From Chloroflexota bacterium (GTDB taxonomy: Bacteria; Chloroflexota; UBA6077; SHYK01), in assembly GCA_035652535.1 (NCBI GenBank), contig DASRDP010000150.1, positions 5,265 to 69,264 of the forward strand: a stretch of DNA of 64,000 bases. The letters are read 5' to 3'. Below, one piece after another: positions 58,415-64,000 of this stretch; the stretch's first letter is position 1; each line of letters opens with the position of its first letter. The translations under genes and the position numbers were made by a program. The notes below the pieces were generated by a model. The model ran no database searches and was not told where the DNA came from. It was given only the letters and a program-made list of their open reading frames with translations.

Positions 58415-58846
58415 CTATCCCCGCGCGTTCTGGGCTGCTTGCGCCCAGGTGCGCGCTTCCTGCTCGCGCAGCTCGGGGGTGAACGCTTCGCCAAAGTCCT
58501 CTGCCTCGAACACTTGGCGAAGCTCGAGGACGACGCCGTCGGGAAATGGCGCGCGGCGCATCCACGCGATGGCCTCGTCCTTCGATTTCACCTGGATGAG
58601 CCAGAACCCGGCGATCAGCTCTTTCGACTCGGTGAACGGGCCGTCCATGACCGCTGTCGTGCCGCCCGAGAATCTGATGCGGGCACCCTTGGACGTGGGG
58701 TGCAGGCCCTCGCCGGCCAGTAGGACGCCGGCCTTCACCATCTCCTCGTTGAACTTGCCCATCTCCGCCAGAGTCTTCTGGTCCGGCATTTTCCCGGCTT
58801 CGGTCTCTTGTGTGGCTGGCACCATCACCATAAATCGCATCGGCAT
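58415..58846 (-). CDS. YciI-like / DGPF-domain protein (tandem paralog)
   Basis: MPMRFMVMVPAT...MDGPFTESKELIAGFWLIQVKSKDEAIAW. Confidence 0.75.
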   Translation of the reverse strand: MPMRFMVMVPATQETEAGKMPDQKTLAEMGKFNEEMVKAGVLLAGEGLHPTSKGARIRFSGGTTAVMDGPFTESKELIAGFWLIQVKSKDEAIAWMRRAPFPDGVVLELRQVFEAEDFGEAFTPELREQEARTWAQAAQNARG

Positions 58847-58952
58847 GACCTCCCGTTTGTAGATTCGAGCGGGATGTTTTCCCTCTCTGCTTATACGTCG
58901 ACCGGGGGTCGCGAAAATCGACACGACGTGACGGGAATTTTTGGAAAAGGGG

Positions 58953-59465
58953 TTACTGGCCGGTCACGGGGTAGCTGGGTGAGGTCTCGTGGGTGGCGGT
59001 GTCTCCCGGCGGCGTGAATCCCCCGTACTGTGAGTAGGCGTTGCCCGTCGCGGAGGGATTTCCCTGTGCTCGCTGCTCCGCCGCCTGCTGCGGAGTGAAT
59101 TGGAACACGTTGCTGTAGGGACTCCAGACGGGCACACCGTTCACGTAGGGCGTGTCGCCCGGGCGCGTATAGCCAACCCCCACACCGATGCCGACGACGT
59201 TGGCGTTGCCGATATCGTGGACGACCACGACGCCGTTTCGGGTGACGTACCCGCCCGTGACCAGAATAACATCTGGCCCCGAACCCTCAGCGGTGCATGC
59301 TGGCGTTACCGACCAGCTGAATGGGGTGTCTGTCGGTACAAGCGAGGTGGTCCCATCATCACACGCTGCGCGCGCGGTCGGCGCTCCGAATCCGCCGTCC
59401 GCCGGCGCCAAAAGCAGTGCGCTGGCGACGATGGTTGCCGCGCCGATCGTCAATCCGAACCTCAT
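58953..59465 (-). CDS. Secreted hypothetical protein (signal peptide, Gly/Val/Tyr-rich)
   Basis: N-terminal signal peptide MRFGLTIGAATIVASALLLAPA. No recognisable domain. Confidence 0.5.
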   Translation of the reverse strand: MRFGLTIGAATIVASALLLAPADGGFGAPTARAACDDGTTSLVPTDTPFSWSVTPACTAEGSGPDVILVTGGYVTRNGVVVVHDIGNANVVGIGVGVGYTRPGDTPYVNGVPVWSPYSNVFQFTPQQAAEQRAQGNPSATGNAYSQYGGFTPPGDTATHETSPSYPVTGQ

Positions 59466-59720
59466 AATCGCTATCCTCCGTCTGGGCTCCGGACCCGGAA
59501 GGACACTCGAAAGCTCACCGTGGCACGTTCAGCGCGCGAGTTGCGGCGTGTCCTCTGCGGGGGAGTTTGGCCCTGCTTGAAGGGTAGGAGCACGCGAACG
59601 GCTGTCGCGACAGGTTGGTGGGTGGTTAGGGCGCACCCAAATGGGCGGCGATGCCCCCCGACCATTCGGGGGGTGAGGTACGGTCGGCTGTCGAACGCAG
59701 ATGAAGGCGCCCGGCCAGCT

Positions 59721-61394
59721 TCAGTCGGGAAACAGACGATCGCGGTTGCGACAGAGGCACTCGACGAACGGCACGAAGCGATTCGCGGACCGCGCGGAGT
59801 CGCCCGTCACGCTCTCCAGGATCTGCAGGCGCCGCGCCTGATCGACTGCGCGATCCACCATGCTGTGGACCAGAATGAGGGGCATGAACTCCCTCGCGAT
59901 CTGGAGCCGCCGCAGATAGTTCGCGATCTCATTGAGGACTGCTGATCGCAGAGCCGAGCGGAATTCACGCCGCAAGAACAGGTCGACAAACGCTTGCACT
60001 TCCGCGTTCGGCGCATTCATCCGACGCGCGGCCGCGTACCAGTAGGTCACGAAATAGATGAGATCGCACAGCGGGAGGCCGTAGCGCTCGCCCTCTGTTT
60101 CGTCCCGAGACTCCCAATCGATCACGGTGAGGCGGTCGCCGTGGCGAACCACGTTCCATGGGCCGAAGTCATTGTGTCGATACACAATCGGCAGCCGTCC
60201 TCGCAGCCGTCGCCCGTAGTCGATCGCCGAGGAGAAGAGCGTGTGCTCGGCTCGCGTAAGGCCCAGCACGTCGCGGTACGCCGCGAATCGTCTTTCGATC
60301 CACTCGCCCTGCTGCTCCGGGCCCCAGGGCGCGCGCGAGAGCACCGTTTCCTCGTGGAAGCGCGTGATCCAGTCGCTCGCGCGGTGAAGGTCGGCGAGGC
60401 GACGCGTGGACGACGCTCCCCATTGTGCGGTCGACACCTGAAGCGATGAGCCCGATGCATACGACTCCACTGCCACCGGCGACGCGTCCGAGTCGGCGCT
60501 GGTCTTCATACCCAACGCCGCGGGCAGGGTGGATTTCATGGTGGGTGATAGGCGCTCCCGGAGGTAGCCGAGCGTCATCTGCTCACGCATCGTGTGCTCG
60601 CTGAATGCCGAGTCTCGCGCCAACTTCAGAACCGCGGACGGCTCCGCTCGACCCTGAGCGAAGGGCAGCACGACGACGCGGCTCCCATCGTCGCGCCCAC
60701 TGGTCAGCACGACCGGCCGGACGTCTTCCGCGGCGATGGCAGGTGGTACGCCTGGGGCCGCCAACGCGCGGGGGCGCGCGGCGGGCACCGGCCCCGCCGT
60801 CGCCACCATGCTGTAGCAGGGGACGAATCGATCTATCCCCCCCTGAAATGTTCCCAGCACCCGCATGATGGCTCGCAGGAGACGAAGGCGTGGGCTCCCC
60901 GCGACGAAGGATGTATCGAAGTACCACCGAATCGCGGCGGCGCAATCCAGGGGGACGAACTTGCGCGGCGCAGCGTGATGTGGGACAACCCAATACGTGG
61001 AGGTGGCGAACAACCCGACATTTCGCATCGCCCGCCGCAGTCGACCGGGCGTCCAGGCAAGCGACGCCCGCCGGTCGATCTCCCAATAGACGAGGCCGCC
61101 AGGCTGTACGAAAGCAGCCACCGCTGAGGGCGGAACCGCGGCGCCCGCGAGCACGACGACCGCGTCAGCCTCGGCGGATACGTTCGGATTCACGCTGAGT
61201 CGGTCCGATAGGTTCAGCTCTTTGAGCCGCGCCGCCGCGCTCGTCGGCGTCCCGAGGACGACCAGGTGCTCGAACCGGCCCTTGGGGGGCAACGGCAAGA
61301 GGAATCGCCAGTCAAAGCGGCGAAGGGAAACCGCTTCGGACGCTCTGTCCTTCAAGGGCCGGCCACTCCAATTTCTGACTGCCGCCGCAGACAT
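59721..61394 (-). CDS. Two-domain protein: N-terminal Rossmann/methyltransferase-like domain fused to an APH/choline-kinase-fold phosphotransferase domain
   Basis: C-terminal kinase-like region: AVLKLARD (Lys), IVYRHNDFGPWNVV (HxDxxxxN catalytic loop), LTVIDWE (metal-binding Asp). The N-terminus has LVVLG...PGGLVYWEI. Start taken at ATG 61394; the upstream 125 codons are Arg/Pro-rich junk. Confidence 0.6.
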   Translation of the reverse strand: MSAAAVRNWSGRPLKDRASEAVSLRRFDWRFLLPLPPKGRFEHLVVLGTPTSAAARLKELNLSDRLSVNPNVSAEADAVVVLAGAAVPPSAVAAFVQPGGLVYWEIDRRASLAWTPGRLRRAMRNVGLFATSTYWVVPHHAAPRKFVPLDCAAAIRWYFDTSFVAGSPRLRLLRAIMRVLGTFQGGIDRFVPCYSMVATAGPVPAARPRALAAPGVPPAIAAEDVRPVVLTSGRDDGSRVVVLPFAQGRAEPSAVLKLARDSAFSEHTMREQMTLGYLRERLSPTMKSTLPAALGMKTSADSDASPVAVESYASGSSLQVSTAQWGASSTRRLADLHRASDWITRFHEETVLSRAPWGPEQQGEWIERRFAAYRDVLGLTRAEHTLFSSAIDYGRRLRGRLPIVYRHNDFGPWNVVRHGDRLTVIDWESRDETEGERYGLPLCDLIYFVTYWYAAARRMNAPNAEVQAFVDLFLRREFRSALRSAVLNEIANYLRRLQIAREFMPLILVHSMVDRAVDQARRLQILESVTGDSARSANRFVPFVECLCRNRDRLFPD

Positions 61395-62698
61395 TGGAGC
61401 CGATCGCGGTAGAGCGCCCAGAGCTGCTCGGTCACGTCGGAGAGGACCTGATCGACTGCTCGGCTGGAGTCGATGATCCGAAGACCTGGGATTCGACCTG
61501 CAATCGCGAGATAGCTCGCCCGGGCTTCTCCGAGTTGCTGTGCCGTGTGCTTCCGGGCGCCCTTGCGCAGGAACATGACCTCGCCGGGTGCATCCAGGAG
61601 AAATGACATGTCCGGCGCGGGACACGCGTGCGCGTCGAACCAGCCCGAGATGCGGTTGAGCCGTTGCACTGGCGGGCGCGCGGGCAGGAGGGCGTCGAAT
61701 GGGTATCGATCGAAAATCACCAATCGCCCTCGCGCCTGGTGGTAGCGGGCCAGGAGGTATCGGCCCCATAGGATCCCCACGCGACTGGCGATCACGAGTG
61801 GCGGGAAGCGGAGCTGTGTGGCGCGGTCAAGCCACCGAGAGTAAATCCCCATATAAATCACCCGCGAGGGGAGCGGGAACCGACGCTTGATCTCCGCTGC
61901 GAGCGTGGACTTGCCCGCGCCGTCTGTCCCCAGCAGTGCGATGCTGGGCCCCTGGCACCGAATGCGGTGGCTGAGCAGCGCTGCCCATCGCGTCACGCAC
62001 GATAGGCGCCCTCTCTTTCCTCGACGGAGGCGCCTCGGCCAATTTCTGGCGAGGGCCGGACCGAGCGCTTCGACCTTCTCCCATTCGCCTCGCCGGACCG
62101 TCGCGACGATCGTCGTCGGACTCCAGGTGGGTGGGGCGGACTGCGCGATGAAGCGGACAATCGGTCCATCGCCCACGGCCCCGGGCGCAAGCTCCGTCAA
62201 CGTCTGTTTGTGGCTCGCCGAGAAGATTCGCTTGTCGAGCACGCAATGAAGAAGGAGCGCCCAGAAGTAGTCGTTGGGCGCAAGAAACGAGGTCGTGCCA
62301 ATCACCTGTCGTCGAGCGAGACATTCAGCCGCTAGGCCAGTTGTCAGACGGTAGCCCTCTCCGAAGGCGAGCTCGCTGGCTACGTCGAGCCAGAGCCATC
62401 CCTTGCCCACCGGGTCATACGCGAGGTAGTGCGGGTGCGAGTCGTCTCCCCACCCCGGCACCCGAGCGAAGCCGAGCGAGGTCAGAATATCTCCGACCTG
62501 ACGCACGTCTCCCCGATGCACGAGCAGGTCGATGTCTCCGCTGGTCGGGATGGCCGACGTTGTCCCGCGGAGGAGGCTCCAGGCCACCCCGCTGGCCTGA
62601 AACGATTGAAACACGGCGGCCAGGAGGGGCCGTCCGCTACCGGATGACACGGTGGGTGCAGGCATTGGATGGTCCCGGCTATCCGCCAGTCCGCGCAT
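61352..62698 (-). CDS. Two-domain protein: N-terminal Pol-beta-superfamily nucleotidyltransferase fused to a thymidylate-kinase-like P-loop domain
   Basis: N-terminus: LLRGTTSAIPTSGDIDLLV (the G[ST]...D-x-D NTase motif). C-terminus: LLGTDGAGKSTLA (TMK-type P-loop GxDGxGKST) and VIFDRYPFDALL (DRY motif). Confidence 0.6.
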   Translation of the reverse strand: MRGLADSRDHPMPAPTVSSGSGRPLLAAVFQSFQASGVAWSLLRGTTSAIPTSGDIDLLVHRGDVRQVGDILTSLGFARVPGWGDDSHPHYLAYDPVGKGWLWLDVASELAFGEGYRLTTGLAAECLARRQVIGTTSFLAPNDYFWALLLHCVLDKRIFSASHKQTLTELAPGAVGDGPIVRFIAQSAPPTWSPTTIVATVRRGEWEKVEALGPALARNWPRRLRRGKRGRLSCVTRWAALLSHRIRCQGPSIALLGTDGAGKSTLAAEIKRRFPLPSRVIYMGIYSRWLDRATQLRFPPLVIASRVGILWGRYLLARYHQARGRLVIFDRYPFDALLPARPPVQRLNRISGWFDAHACPAPDMSFLLDAPGEVMFLRKGARKHTAQQLGEARASYLAIAGRIPGLRIIDSSRAVDQVLSDVTEQLWALYRDRLQCLRRQSEIGVAGP

Positions 62699-62728
62699 AT
62701 CGAATCCTCACTCTCGTCTTCCACGCTT

Positions 62729-64000
62729 CTACGCCGCTTTGACTGTCGCGTCGCCGCGGATGTCCGCGAATCGTCTCAGGATGCCCCCCATTGCGTTCCG
62801 GCACGCGGCAAGCTCCAGCGGGCTCGCGCCGAGGCGGAGATATGCCGCCGCGTACACGAGCATGCCGGCGAGGGCGAGGGAAGCGACGGTCGGTAACGAC
62901 GTCGGGCGGACTGCGCGCTCCAATGCATACAAGGCGATGGCCATGGGAATGGTCGGCACAAGGGCCGGCCAGATCGCTTGCATCACAAGCTGTTTCGGCG
63001 TGATCCCCACGACGCGCATCGCATATGGCATGACCATCACCGTGCACTCGAACACGGTCGGAATGAGGGTCCCAACAGCGACGCCCATGATCCCGAGTTG
63101 GGACGCGAGGACGACGGAGAGCGCAAGATTGGTTACGCCTGACGCGACCGCCATAATCGCGAGCGGGCGGTGGCGGTTCATTCCTTGGAGTATCGCTCCC
63201 GCCGGCATCAAGAACGCGTCGAAAAGACTCGCGATGGTCAGCACGACGACGACCGCTGCGGCGTCCGCGAATGACTCGCCAACCCAAGCCTCGAGGAGCG
63301 GGCCGGCCAAGAGCGCCAGGATGCAGCCGAGCGGAGCGAACATCGCCAGTGTGAGGCGCGTGCTCACCAGGAACAGGTCCTGTAAGTGGCCGCGGTCCGT
63401 GGCGCTCGACAGCTCCGATGCCACGGGCAGCAAGACGCGCACGAACTGCGTCGTGGCAAGATGAGCGACGCCGCTGAGGCGCCGCGCGATCGCATACGGC
63501 GTGACGGCCGCCACCGACAGCACGGCGCAAACGACGATCTCGTCGGTCCTGGCCTGAAGACGTCCGGCGACATTCACCAAGAACATCGACCAGCTGTAGG
63601 CCGTGACCGTGCGAAAAAGCGCGGCGTTCGGGCGAGCCCGAGCAAATCGGAGCTCGGGCGCCAATCGATCGATGACGAAAACGCTCAGCAGTTGCGTGAG
63701 GATCGTGACCGGAATCTGCGCGGCCACGATGGCGACGATGCCTCCCCCGGCCGCCAGGATGCCGGCCACCGCCGCGATCCATAGCACGAGCCCCGCGGTG
63801 GAGAGCCAGCTCGCCGCATCTGACCGATGCAGTCCCCGCAGCACCGCCCCCGAAGCGGCCGATGGGATCGATACCGCTACGCTGCATCCTGTGAGGAACA
63901 GCAGCCAGTGGACCGAGACCTCTCGCGTCGGAAGCCATTCGTCGACCGGAAGCGACCAAACCAGCAATCCCGCTGCCGCGATGGTGATGCCGCAGAGCGC
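62729..64000 (-). CDS. Polysaccharide biosynthesis / MOP-superfamily flippase (Wzx/PST-like), running off the right edge
   Basis: At least 10 TM helices with PST-family character. The N-terminus lies beyond the window. Confidence 0.7.
   Translation of the reverse strand, partial: ALCGITIAAAGLLVWSLPVDEWLPTREVSVHWLLFLTGCSVAVSIPSAASGAVLRGLHRSDAASWLSTAGLVLWIAAVAGILAAGGGIVAIVAAQIPVTILTQLLSVFVIDRLAPELRFARARPNAALFRTVTAYSWSMFLVNVAGRLQARTDEIVVCAVLSVAAVTPYAIARRLSGVAHLATTQFVRVLLPVASELSSATDRGHLQDLFLVSTRLTLAMFAPLGCILALLAGPLLEAWVGESFADAAAVVVVLTIASLFDAFLMPAGAILQGMNRHRPLAIMAVASGVTNLALSVVLASQLGIMGVAVGTLIPTVFECTVMVMPYAMRVVGITPKQLVMQAIWPALVPTIPMAIALYALERAVRPTSLPTVASLALAGMLVYAAAYLRLGASPLELAACRNAMGGILRRFADIRGDATVKAA

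Noticed and set aside
62679-63959. 426-aa minus-strand ORF in an alternate frame of the flippase
   Set aside because: Arg/Gly-rich with no TM helices. The neighbouring frame encodes a convincing polytopic PST-family protein.

Overview
This is a high-GC (~68-70%) bacterial chromosomal window with protein-coding genes on both strands, three tRNAs and one SRP RNA.

The first ~16.6 kb carries a compact minus-strand division/cell-wall (dcw) cluster: mraZ-rsmH-ftsL-ftsI-murF-mraY-murD-ftsW-murC-murB-ftsQ-ftsA-ftsZ, followed by yggS and yggT. Neighbouring genes overlap by a few nucleotides (GTGA/ATGA/TGATG junctions), and murE, murG and ddl are absent. A divergent DUF167 gene and the 5' part of hisS lie at the left edge. 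MraZ-box-like 10-bp phased repeats sit upstream of mraZ.

The next ~40 kb mixes housekeeping and regulatory genes:
- a COG1579 zinc-ribbon protein
- an MshA-like GT4 glycosyltransferase next to an LmbE-like deacetylase
- tRNA-Ile(TAT)
- two CNNM/CorC transporters, a LysR regulator and birA
- a MoxR-DUF58-DUF4129 operon followed by pcm
- a YpsA-like SLOG protein, erpA, korAB and an M24 peptidase
- two amidohydrolase_2 genes, moeA, a DEAD-box helicase, hemQ, a gamma-carbonic anhydrase and a NUDIX hydrolase
- rpoD with a divergent FHA-adenylyl cyclase, dtxR, and a lone CoxM-like FAD subunit
- tRNA-Ser(GGA), a LysM protein, SRP RNA, ksgA-ispE and a lipoprotein ABC-type solute-binding protein (SBP)
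- tRNA-Gln(TTG), glmU-prs, an SDR, an orphan response regulator, a TPP enzyme and a small GIY-YIG protein
- an ECF sigma factor downstream of two tandem DGPF/YciI-like genes

The right ~5 kb is the most unusual part. It carries a secreted hypothetical protein, a methyltransferase-like/APH-fold kinase fusion, a Pol-beta nucleotidyltransferase/thymidylate-kinase-like fusion, and a Wzx/PST flippase that runs off the window. Together these look like an uncharacterised surface-polymer or small-molecule modification module.

Many long ORFs in the six-frame track are antisense or alternate-frame artifacts of high GC and were not called.
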